Source: Synechococcales cyanobacterium bin2.concoct.b11b12b14.033 (GTDB lineage: Bacteria > Cyanobacteriota > Vampirovibrionia > Caenarcaniphilales > Caenarcanaceae). Taken from it: 58,029 nt of DNA. Shown here piece by piece: positions 20,368 to 30,952 of this stretch. Location of the stretch: the NCBI GenBank assembly GCA_013298875.1, contig JAAFJH010000003.1:1-58029 (forward strand). Direction: 5' to 3'. The notes below the pieces were generated by a model. The model was not told where the DNA came from. It saw nothing but the letters and a program-made list of their open reading frames with translations, and made no database searches. Numbering within the stretch: position 1 is the stretch's first letter; each line of letters begins with the position of its first letter. A program made the translations under genes and the position numbers.

Positions 20368-22539
20368 ATGAGTAGTCCATCAACAATATATCCAGGTTTA
20401 ATAACTAGTGAGAATATTCAAAATTTGGGGTTATCGACTAGTATATCGGCCGGTGCTCTTACTATATGGTTGACCCAGGCTACTGCATTTCCACCTACAG
20501 TCTTTAATCCAGTTATATTCCCGTTTTATACGTCTTTAAATGGTATATCTAATAATGTTAACAGAACTTCAAGTTTATCTATCACAATACCTGCATCTGC
20601 AACTTTAGCGTTTAATGCAAATACTCAAGGTTATATTTACGTATATGCTGTTTTGAATGGGGCTAATCTTATTCTATGTGTTTCAGGTCAAGAAAATGGA
20701 TCTGATTATGGGGAATTAGTAACCCCCACAATAATAAGTAGTAGTTCTAATTTAGATTATGTTTTATACTCAGCTTCCGCAGGAGGTACGAACGTTCCAG
20801 TTATCCAGTTAGGGAGAGTGAAAGCAGAGTCAGCTCTCCCTAACTGGTCAAATGTAACAGAGCTATCAGTATTAAGAGGCAAGAATTACTCCCCTTTAGT
20901 AAATACAGGTATATTCGGTAATAAAAAAGGGTTACTTTTTACAAGCAAGGCACATTCTTGGGACGATACAAATAAATTATTAAAATTAAACTCCTCTGTG
21001 TATGCTGGGACAGTTTCTTTAACTAATACAGATAACTCAATAATACAATCAAGAACCTCCATAACCGGGTCAGCTTTAAATAATACTGGATCTGGAAAAT
21101 CAAATTGTATATTGAATACAGCCATAACAGGAAGTGCTACGGTAGTTAATATCTTAGGTACGTCCTCAAACTCCTTAATTCTAGGTAATGAATTTACTGC
21201 AAGCAGTACAACTATAGATATATCTAGTGCTAATACATCCTTTATAGGGCTACAACAACTAACAAATGCCAATGCAGGAACAACCACTAATACATGGGTA
21301 AAGGGAATCACATCAGCTTCTTTACAAAGAACTGGAACAGATCTTACATTAAGTAATGCTGTTTTAATAGATACATCAAGTCTTGTATTAACAGCTTCCA
21401 ATGGGACTTCTAGTTTTACTGATTTATGTATTCTTGGAGGTTTTGGAAATAGTAACGGTATAGCAAAAGGTCTAGATACAATTAGAGAAAGTTCCTTGTT
21501 AGGTACAAGAGGGCTTTTCTCTTTAAACTCACCCCCTTTAGGTAGTGTATTTACAAACTCTTCAATAATAGGAGGGGCTAGTAGCTCCCAAATTATAAAT
21601 ATTACATCTGCATCAAGTGTATCTACATCTGTAGATAACTCACTTTGGTTAAATTCAACAAGTACTTTAATAACATCGACAAATTCTGTCACGAGTTCTA
21701 ATTGTTTTTCTGCCTTCTCTGGGCTTATTAATGTTTCTAATAGTGTTATTACAGCATCGAATTCTATAAGGATTGGAGGGCTGGGCGGAGGAATATTAGC
21801 TGGGGCAGCCGCAACATGTACTATGTCAAATTGCTTTAAGGTAGGTGGTACAATTGGGGGGCTAGGTTCTAGCACTACTGCAAATTGTCAATCTTCCGGA
21901 ATAATAGGAGGACTAAGAAGAGCCAGCAGTGGGAATATAACTAATTCAGTTTTAATAGGGGGAAATGATTCAGCAGGGAATGTAGTGAGTGGGTCAACTA
22001 ATGCTGTTGCGTTAGGTGGGACTGATCAACTTTCTTCAATAGCAGCAAGTAATTTTGTTATATTGGGAGGTCAAAACTCTATATTGACTTTACAATCTAT
22101 TATAGGCACCCCTGCAAGTCAATTTACCAGTACTAATGTTTGCAGTGGTTTTGAGGTGAATTTAAGGGTACAAACCACAGATGCAACTCCTACCAATATG
22201 ACTATAGATGGAGATGCAGCATCGGGTTTTACAAGATTGGTACTAGCAAATAATCACCAAATCACTTTCTCGGCACAAATAGTAGCTGGAGGTACAGCAT
22301 CTACAAATGCAGCGGGTATAACGATTGAAGGAGTTATAAAAAAAGGTACAACAGCAGCGACCACCTCACTGGTAGGCACCCCTACTAAAGTAACATACAA
22401 AGATGCAGGGTTCGCTGCTGTAGATGTTAATGTATTAGCCGATACAACCAATGGGGCATTATTGATCCAAGTTACCGGTATAGCGGCTACAACTATTAAT
22501 TGGGTCTGTAAACTTCAAGCTGTAGCGTTAGTGAGTTAA
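20368..22539 (+). CDS. tail fibre/spike-like protein, paralogue of 18105..20357
   Basis: same MSSPST.YPGL N-terminus and C-terminal domain, divergent middle. Confidence 0.75.
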   Translation: MSSPSTIYPGLITSENIQNLGLSTSISAGALTIWLTQATAFPPTVFNPVIFPFYTSLNGISNNVNRTSSLSITIPASATLAFNANTQGYIYVYAVLNGANLILCVSGQENGSDYGELVTPTIISSSSNLDYVLYSASAGGTNVPVIQLGRVKAESALPNWSNVTELSVLRGKNYSPLVNTGIFGNKKGLLFTSKAHSWDDTNKLLKLNSSVYAGTVSLTNTDNSIIQSRTSITGSALNNTGSGKSNCILNTAITGSATVVNILGTSSNSLILGNEFTASSTTIDISSANTSFIGLQQLTNANAGTTTNTWVKGITSASLQRTGTDLTLSNAVLIDTSSLVLTASNGTSSFTDLCILGGFGNSNGIAKGLDTIRESSLLGTRGLFSLNSPPLGSVFTNSSIIGGASSSQIINITSASSVSTSVDNSLWLNSTSTLITSTNSVTSSNCFSAFSGLINVSNSVITASNSIRIGGLGGGILAGAAATCTMSNCFKVGGTIGGLGSSTTANCQSSGIIGGLRRASSGNITNSVLIGGNDSAGNVVSGSTNAVALGGTDQLSSIAASNFVILGGQNSILTLQSIIGTPASQFTSTNVCSGFEVNLRVQTTDATPTNMTIDGDAASGFTRLVLANNHQITFSAQIVAGGTASTNAAGITIEGVIKKGTTAATTSLVGTPTKVTYKDAGFAAVDVNVLADTTNGALLIQVTGIAATTINWVCKLQAVALVS

Positions 22540-22600
22540 ATGTATTAACAAAAAAAACGTTAAAAATTTAAAATTATCAAGAAACAATATAAATACAACA

Positions 22601-23365
22601 ATGCCGGGATTATTTTTTAGATCTGACAATATCGGGATAGATAAAAGACCTACAGAAAAATTTGATGTAAATGGTGTGATAAAGACCAACACATCATTAA
22701 AAATAGAGGATCCGGGAGCCGGGACAAATCAAATTACCATGCAGTCCCCTACATTAGCGGCAAGCTATACATTAACTTTACCAACATCTAGTGGATCTAA
22801 CGGGCAAGTAATGACTACAGATGGCTCGGGAAATTTATCTTTTGTAAACGCCACTCGAACTATTATACTTTCTGGGGCAGGGACATGGTCTTCTACAACA
22901 TCTGGAGCGTCAGTAGTAGCAAAAGTAGAAACTACTACTAATAAACAAAATTTACAGTTGGTAGATTTTGCAGATGGTGCCACACAATATACTGAATGGA
23001 CAATAGTTATGCCCGATAACTATAATGGAGGAACCCTAACAGCAAAGTTTTATTGGACATGTGCTACAGGGTCTACCAATTCGGTAGTTTGGGGAATACA
23101 AGGAAGGGCATATAATACAGGAGATGTAATCGATCAAACATGGGGTACAGCACAAACAGTAACATCCGCAGGAAATGCCTCCGCTAATGTAGTGATAGTC
23201 TCGTCTTCTACGTCCAATATAACTATTGCGGGAACACCTCAAGCTAGTTCACTGACTCAAATCAGGGTCTATCGGGAAGGTGCTAATGGATCCGATACAT
23301 TAACCTCAACTGCTCGATTAATAAGTGTAATGTTAAAATATACCACCAATCAATTTAGCGATTAA
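22601..23365 (+). CDS. virion fibre-associated protein
   Basis: TLTLPTSSGSNGQVMTTDGSGNLSF motif shared with fibre genes; TATAAATA upstream. Confidence 0.65.
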   Translation: MPGLFFRSDNIGIDKRPTEKFDVNGVIKTNTSLKIEDPGAGTNQITMQSPTLAASYTLTLPTSSGSNGQVMTTDGSGNLSFVNATRTIILSGAGTWSSTTSGASVVAKVETTTNKQNLQLVDFADGATQYTEWTIVMPDNYNGGTLTAKFYWTCATGSTNSVVWGIQGRAYNTGDVIDQTWGTAQTVTSAGNASANVVIVSSSTSNITIAGTPQASSLTQIRVYREGANGSDTLTSTARLISVMLKYTTNQFSD

Positions 23366-23367
23366 TA

Positions 23368-23961
23368 ATGGTAACAGAAATAAGAACAGCAACCGGAATA
23401 TCCGCTACATCTTATACAGGTACATCAGCCTCAAGAAGTCAAAATAGTAATTTAGGGGGGCTAACTACATCTGGAGATTCAAGTTATTATATATTTACTG
23501 CGTTAGGGGCAGGAACTAATACTGTTAGTTTTAGGTTTAGGTTTTCTGTAACATCTTTCACTATCCCTCCCACAGCCACTATAGACGGATTCCAATTTAG
23601 GCTAGTAAAAAAAAGAGGGGATACAGGATCGGGTTCAATTACTGAGTCTGTTATACAGCTATATGATGGTACTTCTACTATTGGTACTAATAAAGCATTA
23701 GGTACAGTATATCCTACCACCGATACATTATTTACCTATGGGGGATCTACAGATTTATGGGGTGCTACCCTTACTCCAGCTTTATTTAATAATCCCGCCT
23801 TTAGATTATCATTTACAGCCGGAATAACAGTAAGTTCTGGTGGGGTAGGCTTAGATTTAGACTTTGCAGAAGCGACAGTTTTTTACACCGATATAATAAC
23901 TCAAACCAGATCTGTGGGAGGAGCAGCCTATTCATCAGGGGGAGGGGGTTTTAGTTTTTAA
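23368..23961 (+). CDS. probable virion structural protein
   Basis: IPPTATIDG..YGGSTDLWGATLTPA beta-rich pattern; fibre cluster context. Confidence 0.55.
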   Translation: MVTEIRTATGISATSYTGTSASRSQNSNLGGLTTSGDSSYYIFTALGAGTNTVSFRFRFSVTSFTIPPTATIDGFQFRLVKKRGDTGSGSITESVIQLYDGTSTIGTNKALGTVYPTTDTLFTYGGSTDLWGATLTPALFNNPAFRLSFTAGITVSSGGVGLDLDFAEATVFYTDIITQTRSVGGAAYSSGGGGFSF

Positions 23962-24206
23962 TCTTTCAAGAAAGTCAATTTATCTTCTGTGAATTTCCTT
24001 GCCCATTCTGCCCAGGGCATTAAAAAGGGGTTTAGGGAAATAAATACTATATTCCATATAATGATTGTATTGGTATAAATTATTTTATGAAATATTAAAA
24101 AACAGATACCACTACTTATAAGAGCTATAACTAGAATCCCCATCAAGGCAAATGCTAGACAAATAATCAATTTGAGTAATTCGTAAATATATTTTTTGAG
24201 TGTCAT
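23958..24206 (-). CDS. small two-TM membrane protein
   Basis: two hydrophobic stretches. Confidence 0.45.
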   Translation of the reverse strand: MTLKKYIYELLKLIICLAFALMGILVIALISSGICFLIFHKIIYTNTIIIWNIVFISLNPFLMPWAEWARKFTEDKLTFLKD

Positions 24207-24287
24207 TATTTTATTTTTTCAGTGATCAAATATAATATACCAATGAAAAGGGTTTTAAAACAAAAATTAATTGAGGTTTCTAAATTT

Positions 24288-25616
24288 ATGGCGTATCCTT
24301 ACACAGCATCTCCTTACCAAAATAACCCTAGACCGATTTTAACTATCTTAGATTTATTGGATGTTAATTTATCTTCTTTAACTAATGGTCAGGTTTTAAA
24401 ATATAATGGAACAACAGGAAAATGGGAGAATAGTTTAGATCTCAACACAACAGAAGCAGCTGCTCCATTAAGAGGTGTTCAGTTTAATAATGGAGGTCTC
24501 TTAACGGGAAGTAATAATTTTTTATTCACTACCTCAAACCAATTACAACTAGGCTCACAAGCAGCTACATCTAAGTTGCATATTTCAGATATTAGTGAAC
24601 AAGAAGCTAGCTTGTCTTTACAGAATCTATCTACTAATGGAAAAGAATATAAAGTACTATCTAGTGATTTGGGAAGTTTACAAATTCAGGATGTAAGTAC
24701 AGGTTTATTTTTATCTTTTTCCAATGGGGATTTAGTACCAGGACAAGATATAACCCAAAATCTAGGATCTGCTTCTTTAAGGTGGAGTGATATATATGGT
24801 CAAAATGCAGTAATCAACACATCGGATAAAAGTCAAAAGAAAGATATTGAAGAGTCTGATTTAGGGCTTGATTTTATTCTAAATTTAAAACCTATATCTT
24901 TTAGATGGCATGAAGGTAAGAGAAAGCATTATGGTTTGATAGCACAAGATGTAAAAGAAAGTTTAGGAATTCAGGATTTTGGAGGCTATATATATGATCC
25001 GGAATCTAAAGTACACGGTTTACGCTATACAGAATTCATAGCTCCTTTAATTAAGTCAGTACAGGAGATAAATAATAAAATAAAAACACAGTATTTTACA
25101 ACTGTTCAATTAATTCAAGAATCAAATAAAGATTTAACACAATCTATTCCGATTAGATTAAATAATATAGATTTACAATTACAAGGACAAAAAGAGATAT
25201 TAAAAGATTTAGATAAAGTAAAATACTTGCAGGAAAAACATCATGAACTAAATCATTTACTGTATAGTAATAAATTAAATATAGAATCCCAAATAAAAGA
25301 TTTAAAAGTAGATGACTTAAAAGAGACTCATATAGATTTAAAAGCTACTGTAGATTCCCAAATAAAAACTATTCAGATATTAACTGAAAAAGTAGAGTCT
25401 TTGGAGGAATCTAACAAAACAATCCATCAATACCTGGGGAAATTTTTATTAGGTCAGAATAAAGTTAATAAACAAGAAAAACAAATAATCGAACCAGTAA
25501 TAGAAGAGAAAATTAAAAAAGAAACATTTACTATAGAACAGAAAGAAAGCCCTGATCAAATAGAAAAAACTACCATTATAGAGTGGTTTAAGGGACTCTT
25601 CAAAAACCTCTTTTAA
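24288..25616 (+). CDS. tail fibre protein with intramolecular chaperone (peptidase S74) domain and long coiled-coil tail
   Basis: TSDKSQKKDI..LKPISFRW..GLIAQDV..LRYTEFIAPLIKSVQE; ATG 24288 follows GAGG and is in frame with the track start 24222. Confidence 0.75.
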   Translation: MAYPYTASPYQNNPRPILTILDLLDVNLSSLTNGQVLKYNGTTGKWENSLDLNTTEAAAPLRGVQFNNGGLLTGSNNFLFTTSNQLQLGSQAATSKLHISDISEQEASLSLQNLSTNGKEYKVLSSDLGSLQIQDVSTGLFLSFSNGDLVPGQDITQNLGSASLRWSDIYGQNAVINTSDKSQKKDIEESDLGLDFILNLKPISFRWHEGKRKHYGLIAQDVKESLGIQDFGGYIYDPESKVHGLRYTEFIAPLIKSVQEINNKIKTQYFTTVQLIQESNKDLTQSIPIRLNNIDLQLQGQKEILKDLDKVKYLQEKHHELNHLLYSNKLNIESQIKDLKVDDLKETHIDLKATVDSQIKTIQILTEKVESLEESNKTIHQYLGKFLLGQNKVNKQEKQIIEPVIEEKIKKETFTIEQKESPDQIEKTTIIEWFKGLFKNLF

Positions 25617-25761
25617 AAAAATTGTTAGGAATTTAAATTAAAGGGAAAGAAATATTTGAAGGTGTAAAATTTCTGATAGAATTAAAAACTAAAAGATATT
25701 TGCATTTAGCAAGTACCTTTCAATCAATACAAAACAGTAAATCATATAAAAGGAACAAAAC

Positions 25762-25992
25762 ATGCAATTTCCACCACTTCCCCCATTCTCCCCAATCCGT
25801 ACAACATCTTTCAGTCAAAATACCCATAGTGTAAATATCAATTCAAATTCTAAAGTCTCTACCTTGACAGTTCCGAAAGGATTAAATACAACTCAATCAG
25901 TAGTAAATTTTCAAAGAACTCGGCAAAATAATCTTCCTTATTCTACGGATACCTATAATATCCAGAATCAAACAAGAATAAGGAATTTCTAA
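25762..25992 (+). CDS. hypothetical protein
   Basis: ORF track; AAGGA upstream. Confidence 0.4.
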   Translation: MQFPPLPPFSPIRTTSFSQNTHSVNINSNSKVSTLTVPKGLNTTQSVVNFQRTRQNNLPYSTDTYNIQNQTRIRNF

Positions 25993-26015
25993 TATTTTGT
26001 TTAAGGGGATTTATA

Positions 26016-26231
26016 ATGACAAAACAATCAAGTAAATACCTTTTAAATTTGGTCATGTCTGATTTAAAAGGATTAGAAAAATCAATGATTAAATATCAAG
26101 AGCTTGAAAAAAAAGAATCACAATACTCTTCTTTTTGGTCTGAAAGGATAAAAGCAACTAAAAATAAGATTGATTTAGCTAGAAAGACCCTAAATATTCT
26201 ATCAGCAGAAAAGGCATTAACAAAAAATTAA
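26016..26231 (+). CDS. hypothetical protein
   Basis: ORF track; AGGGG upstream. Confidence 0.5.
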   Translation: MTKQSSKYLLNLVMSDLKGLEKSMIKYQELEKKESQYSSFWSERIKATKNKIDLARKTLNILSAEKALTKN

Positions 26232-26302
26232 AATTAACTGATCCCTAGTTTAACTAAAAATAGATGAGTATTAAATTGGACATCAGCAGACTTCAATATC
26301 CA

Positions 26303-26443
26303 ATGGAAAACTTGAGTATGCCACGGTCTCAAAAAAACAAGAACCAAACCAATCCAATAAAAGGTAAACAAGAAAAACCTCCAATTGGTAAATATACAGC
26401 GATGTCTTCTAAAGCAAAAAAAGCTAAAAAGAAGGACGATTAA
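26303..26443 (+). CDS. small Lys-rich protein (46 aa, not in track)
   Basis: MENLSMPRSQK..KAKKAKKKDD; TAATG overlap with next gene. Confidence 0.45.
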   Translation: MENLSMPRSQKNKNQTNPIKGKQEKPPIGKYTAMSSKAKKAKKKDD

Positions 26444-26880
26444 TGTCATATTTCCGCTCTAAAACAAAAGAATGGGAATTATTTCCAGGCATAGAGTTGA
26501 AGTGTCTAGTTAAGCCTTCAACTCTAGGTCAATGGATTGATGTTATGAGCTTTGATTATGGGGATATTGCGATACGACATATTTTTTTCCAGACCACAGA
26601 AAATATAACATCTTCTCCTTTAAATAATATTAATTTAGAGATGAGACTTGTAGATGAAAACTTACAAGAAATGGCTAGATTAACTAACGCTCCTTTAGCG
26701 GGTTCGGTTAATTTAATACATATAAATCCTAATCCAATAAATTCAAACTTATCTTTATATATCCCGAGAGATTCAAGGCTTCAATTTAAATTTGTAAATG
26801 AAGTACCTAAATCAGGCAAGATTTGGCTTTTATTAGTTTACAAAACTGCTAGTATTGACTTTGTGATGAGATTGCTTTAA
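26443..26880 (+). CDS. hypothetical protein
   Basis: ORF track. Confidence 0.55.
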   Translation: MSYFRSKTKEWELFPGIELKCLVKPSTLGQWIDVMSFDYGDIAIRHIFFQTTENITSSPLNNINLEMRLVDENLQEMARLTNAPLAGSVNLIHINPNPINSNLSLYIPRDSRLQFKFVNEVPKSGKIWLLLVYKTASIDFVMRLL

Positions 26881-26911
26881 AGTTAGTACAATAGTTTTAA
26901 GGGAAAGTTAA

Positions 26912-27946
26912 ATGACAACTGGTGTTTTTATAGGGCGATTTCAGCCTCTTCATAATGGTCATTTAGAGATTATTGAGGATATAATAAGACAGAATGATAA
27001 AGTTCTTTTATTTGTAGGAAGTGCGAATCGGGGCAGGACATATAAGAACCCCTTTACATTTGAAGAAAGAAAATCTTTTATTGAGCAGACTTTAAAATCC
27101 CCAAAAGTCCAAATATTACCTTTAAATGATTTTCCGTTAGATGCAGACTGGTTATCTAATTTGAAAAGTGAGATAAAAGAAAATCAATTACCCGGAATAG
27201 TTAAATTTTATGGATCTTCCAAAGATTCTTCCTCTTATTATTTGGATTATTTAGGTTATAAAAAATCAGAAAAATACATTAGTGTTCTAGATGGGAAAAT
27301 TGTAGAAGATAATGTTTTTGTAGAGAAAAAAGTAATAAATAAAATAGATGCAGAGTTTATAAGAAGTACATTATTTGAAAGGGAGATAGTATTAACTAGT
27401 TTGATCCCCACACCAGTAATACAATTTTTAAATAAATTCAGGATAGAGTCCATTTATTGGGATCTTAAAGAGGAATATCGATATATTCAAAAATACAAAG
27501 AATCATGGAGTCAGTCACCCTATCCACCTATATTCGTAACAGTGGATGCTGTTGTTCGGTATAAGGATTCAATACTATTTATTAAAAGAAAAGATCATCC
27601 TGGGAAAGATTTGTATGCCCTTCCTGGGGGATTTGTAGCTGTAAATGAAACATTAGAGACTGCTGTATTGAGAGAGCTAAAGGAAGAGACTAGAATGATA
27701 CTAAAAACAACCGATATACAAGACATGAAATTATTCGATAATCCAGATCGTTCTACTAGAGGAAGAGTTATAACGATGGCTTATTATTTTGATGTCACTA
27801 ATAAACCTAGTAGAATCTTAGATTTAAAAGCAGGAGATGATGCGGCTAGTTATAAATGGATTGAGTTTGAAGATATAGAAAAAGCCCCCCTCAAATACCA
27901 TGATGATCATCTTGATATTATTAAATCTTTTGTGTCCTTAAAATAA
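26912..27946 (+). CDS. nadM: bifunctional NMN adenylyltransferase / Nudix ADP-ribose pyrophosphatase
   Basis: IGRFQPLHNGH, GSAN..KNPFT.EER; Nudix box GGFVAVNETLETAVLRELKEET; PDRSTRGR, AGDDA. Confidence 0.92.
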   Translation: MTTGVFIGRFQPLHNGHLEIIEDIIRQNDKVLLFVGSANRGRTYKNPFTFEERKSFIEQTLKSPKVQILPLNDFPLDADWLSNLKSEIKENQLPGIVKFYGSSKDSSSYYLDYLGYKKSEKYISVLDGKIVEDNVFVEKKVINKIDAEFIRSTLFEREIVLTSLIPTPVIQFLNKFRIESIYWDLKEEYRYIQKYKESWSQSPYPPIFVTVDAVVRYKDSILFIKRKDHPGKDLYALPGGFVAVNETLETAVLRELKEETRMILKTTDIQDMKLFDNPDRSTRGRVITMAYYFDVTNKPSRILDLKAGDDAASYKWIEFEDIEKAPLKYHDDHLDIIKSFVSLK

Positions 27947-28133
27947 CTATGTTTGATATACTAGGTGGAAATGAAGGAGAGAAAAATGACAATCAATAAA
28001 ATAACCAATAGCTCTAATAGGCAATATGCTCAAGCTTATCCTTTATTTGATCTAGTGCCGAATGCACGTCAATAATAATTCAAGCACTTCCAGATCTAAT
28101 ACAAAATGAATTAAAAGTAACAGGGGTTCAATA

Positions 28134-29531
28134 ATGTCCAATTTAATACTAGATACAGATAGCTATAAAGCTTCTCACTTCCTTCAATATCCTCCAGGAA
28201 CTGATTATATGTTTAGTTATATAGAGAGTAGAGGAGGTCAGTATGAAAAAACTGTTTTCTTTGGGCTTCAATATTTATTAAAAGAATATTTATCAAAACC
28301 TATAACCCAAGATAATGTAGATGAGGCGGCAAGTTTTTTTAAATTACATGGATTGCCATTCCCTAGAGAACAATGGGAATACATAGTAAATACTTATTCG
28401 GGATATTTACCTATAAAAATCAAAGCAGTAGCGGAAGGTTCAATAATACCAACTGGGAATATTTTAGTTTCAGTAGAATCCTTAGACCCTAAGGTTTTCT
28501 GGGTTGTAGGATGGCTTGAGACCTTATTATTAAGGATTTGGTATCCCGTTACAGTAGCGACAAGATCTTATCATGTAAGAGAACTAATTAATAAATATCT
28601 TATTGAGACAGCAGATAACCCAGAAGAAGAGATATGGTTTAAATTACATGATTTTGGTTCTAGGGGGGTATCTAGTGCAGAATCGGCAGGTATCGGGGGT
28701 ATGTCTCATTTAGTAAATTTCAAAGGCTCCGACACTGTAAAGGGTGTATATTTTGCGAATAAATATTATAACCATGATATGTCTGCTGTCTCAATCCCCT
28801 CAGCGGAACATTCGGGTATAATTTCTTGGGGTAGAGATAATGAAGTAGATGCGTACAAGAATATGCTTACTAAGTTTGCTAAAAAAGATTCATTTGTAGC
28901 TATTGTGTCTGATAGTTACGATATTTATAATGCGATTTCTAATTTATGGGGAGTTGAGTTAAGACAGCAAATAATAGATTCTGGGGCATTAGTTGTTCTA
29001 AGACCCGATAGTGGAGTCCCTCATGAAGTGGTATTAAGATGTCTTGATCTTTTGTCAAGTAGATTCGGGTATACAATGAATAGCAAAGGTTATAAGGTTT
29101 TTAATAATGTAAGGATCATGCAAGGAGATGGCATAAATGAACAAAGTATACAGAAAATCATAGATACGATTACTAGGTACAAATATAGTATTACTAATGT
29201 AGCTTTTGGGATGGGAGGAGCTTTACTGCAACAAGTAGATCGAGATACTCAGAAATTTGCTATGAAATGTAGTTGTGTTTGTGTAGAAGGGAAATATCGA
29301 GATGTATATAAGGATCCTATTACAGATTTGGGTAAAACTAGTAAAAAGGGTCAATTAGGATTATTTATGGGAGGATCAAATCCATTAATGAATGAGGGTA
29401 AATCTTATGTTACGAGAAAAATAGAATCCGCACAAGATGAAAAAGAAAATTTACTCAAAACTGTATTTAGTGCGGGTGAGATAATTCAAGAATATACATT
29501 AGAAGAAATTCGACACAGATTGCATTCTTGA
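28134..29531 (+). CDS. nadV: nicotinamide phosphoribosyltransferase (NAMPT)
   Basis: LDTDSYKASH, LHDFGSRG, SAEHS, VSDSYD, LRPDSG, QGDGI, FGMGGALLQ..RDT..FAMK. Confidence 0.93.
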   Translation: MSNLILDTDSYKASHFLQYPPGTDYMFSYIESRGGQYEKTVFFGLQYLLKEYLSKPITQDNVDEAASFFKLHGLPFPREQWEYIVNTYSGYLPIKIKAVAEGSIIPTGNILVSVESLDPKVFWVVGWLETLLLRIWYPVTVATRSYHVRELINKYLIETADNPEEEIWFKLHDFGSRGVSSAESAGIGGMSHLVNFKGSDTVKGVYFANKYYNHDMSAVSIPSAEHSGIISWGRDNEVDAYKNMLTKFAKKDSFVAIVSDSYDIYNAISNLWGVELRQQIIDSGALVVLRPDSGVPHEVVLRCLDLLSSRFGYTMNSKGYKVFNNVRIMQGDGINEQSIQKIIDTITRYKYSITNVAFGMGGALLQQVDRDTQKFAMKCSCVCVEGKYRDVYKDPITDLGKTSKKGQLGLFMGGSNPLMNEGKSYVTRKIESAQDEKENLLKTVFSAGEIIQEYTLEEIRHRLHS

Positions 29532-29624
29532 TTAACTTTCAAACCTAATTTTTCTCTATAAATTAAAATTGTTAGGGTTTTGTGTACATACTCCTTATCT
29601 AAAAAGGTTCTAACCTAATTTCTG

Positions 29625-30356
29625 GTGATAATTAACCCCATCAATATAAGGTATTTAACAAGACCGGCTCTACAAGGGCATAAAGCAACTTACATAAATT
29701 CATGTGATGAGGGAGCTAAAAAAAAAGAGAAGAAACCAAACCCCTCCCCTCCATTCGATATAAATAAATTTTTCTTTTACAGTATTATGGATGTTGGACT
29801 GTCAGCTTTAGGTTATTTTATTACTGCGTGCGGGTGTTTGGGGTGGGGTCAAAAGTTATTTCCTAAATTTAAAACTCTTTTATCTAAGAGAGGAACCGAT
29901 TTATCGGCAGGTCTAAATACTCTGGTGGGTGTAAGTCGTGTATTTCTAAGTCCTTCTATAAATCCTTTTAGTCTAGGTTTAGCCGCCACATCTCCTTTTA
30001 TCAATAATAAATTATATAAATGGGCCGATAAAGATAGTGATAAAAGATATCCTCTTACTAACAATATAGTTTATGGGATCGGGATAGTAGCAAAAGCCAG
30101 TAAAAGATTTACTTGCCCATCCGAAACCGCTACAGTACTGTTAGAGTCCACTATAGCGAGATTGGGACGGAATATCACGAAAGATAAATTATATTCAATT
30201 ATGGGAACTACCCCCAAACCATTTTCTTCTCAAGAGCATATAAAAACAATAGGGACTAAACTGATTTCAAAGTATAGTTGGAATATTTTAGGATTTGGAT
30301 TAATGGACTATTTGATTGGACTCACTCAGCAAGCTATGGTTTCCCAAGACATTTAA
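29625..30356 (+). CDS. hypothetical protein, possibly membrane-associated
   Basis: ORF track; hydrophobic segments. Confidence 0.45.
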   Translation: MIINPINIRYLTRPALQGHKATYINSCDEGAKKKEKKPNPSPPFDINKFFFYSIMDVGLSALGYFITACGCLGWGQKLFPKFKTLLSKRGTDLSAGLNTLVGVSRVFLSPSINPFSLGLAATSPFINNKLYKWADKDSDKRYPLTNNIVYGIGIVAKASKRFTCPSETATVLLESTIARLGRNITKDKLYSIMGTTPKPFSSQEHIKTIGTKLISKYSWNILGFGLMDYLIGLTQQAMVSQDI

Positions 30357-30947
30357 TAGTTTTTTGGTTTCTTGTACCCACGCTTCAAAGTCTTGGATAT
30401 TTGCATTATAGTAATCATTTATGTCTTTATATTGAAGCGGGATATTAAGTCTAATGCCAGATGACTTAGAAAATATATATCGGTACGCTATATCTCCATG
30501 CCAATCATTATCTAATATGTAGATAAAATTCTCTTCTTGTTTTAAGAAATCTAAAGCTTTATAGATCCGACTACCTTTCAACCCTAAAAAAGTATGTGCA
30601 TTAATACCATATTTTCTTAATAAAGCACAATCAGGCGTGCCTTCCACAATAATAAAAGTCCCTAATAAATCTAAATTATCTGTTTTTAATAAAGGTTCCT
30701 GAGTAGGCTTCGTTAATTCATATCTGTTAGGATCTTCTTGTTCCGCCCCCGTCTTGCGGATCTGATAAGTTTTAAAATTCCCTGAGAGATCATATAGACA
30801 GAATACTAAATTACCCTCCCATGTTAAAGGGGGGTTAACAAAAAACCCCCTCAAAGAACTCCAAAGAGATCTATCTGAAACTAAATCTTTTTCCTTAAAC
30901 TCAGAAGCAAAAGAAAAAGCCTCCTTGTAATAAGAGTATTTACCCAT
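30300..30947 (-). CDS. TOPRIM-domain (primase-like) protein
   Basis: IIVEGTPD, ILDNDWHG, YKDINDYY. Confidence 0.75.
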   Translation of the reverse strand: MGKYSYYKEAFSFASEFKEKDLVSDRSLWSSLRGFFVNPPLTWEGNLVFCLYDLSGNFKTYQIRKTGAEQEDPNRYELTKPTQEPLLKTDNLDLLGTFIIVEGTPDCALLRKYGINAHTFLGLKGSRIYKALDFLKQEENFIYILDNDWHGDIAYRYIFSKSSGIRLNIPLQYKDINDYYNANIQDFEAWVQETKKLLNVLGNHSLLSESNQIVH

Positions 30948-30952
30948 CTCTC

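Noticed and set aside
20886-21875. 329-aa antisense ORF and similar shadow ORFs over fibre, tnpB and ARH genes
   Set aside because: Explained by codon bias of the sense genes; no motifs or RBS
26234-26449. Minus-strand 71-aa ORF
   Set aside because: The plus-strand 26303..26443 ORF, coupled to the next gene, fits the operon better
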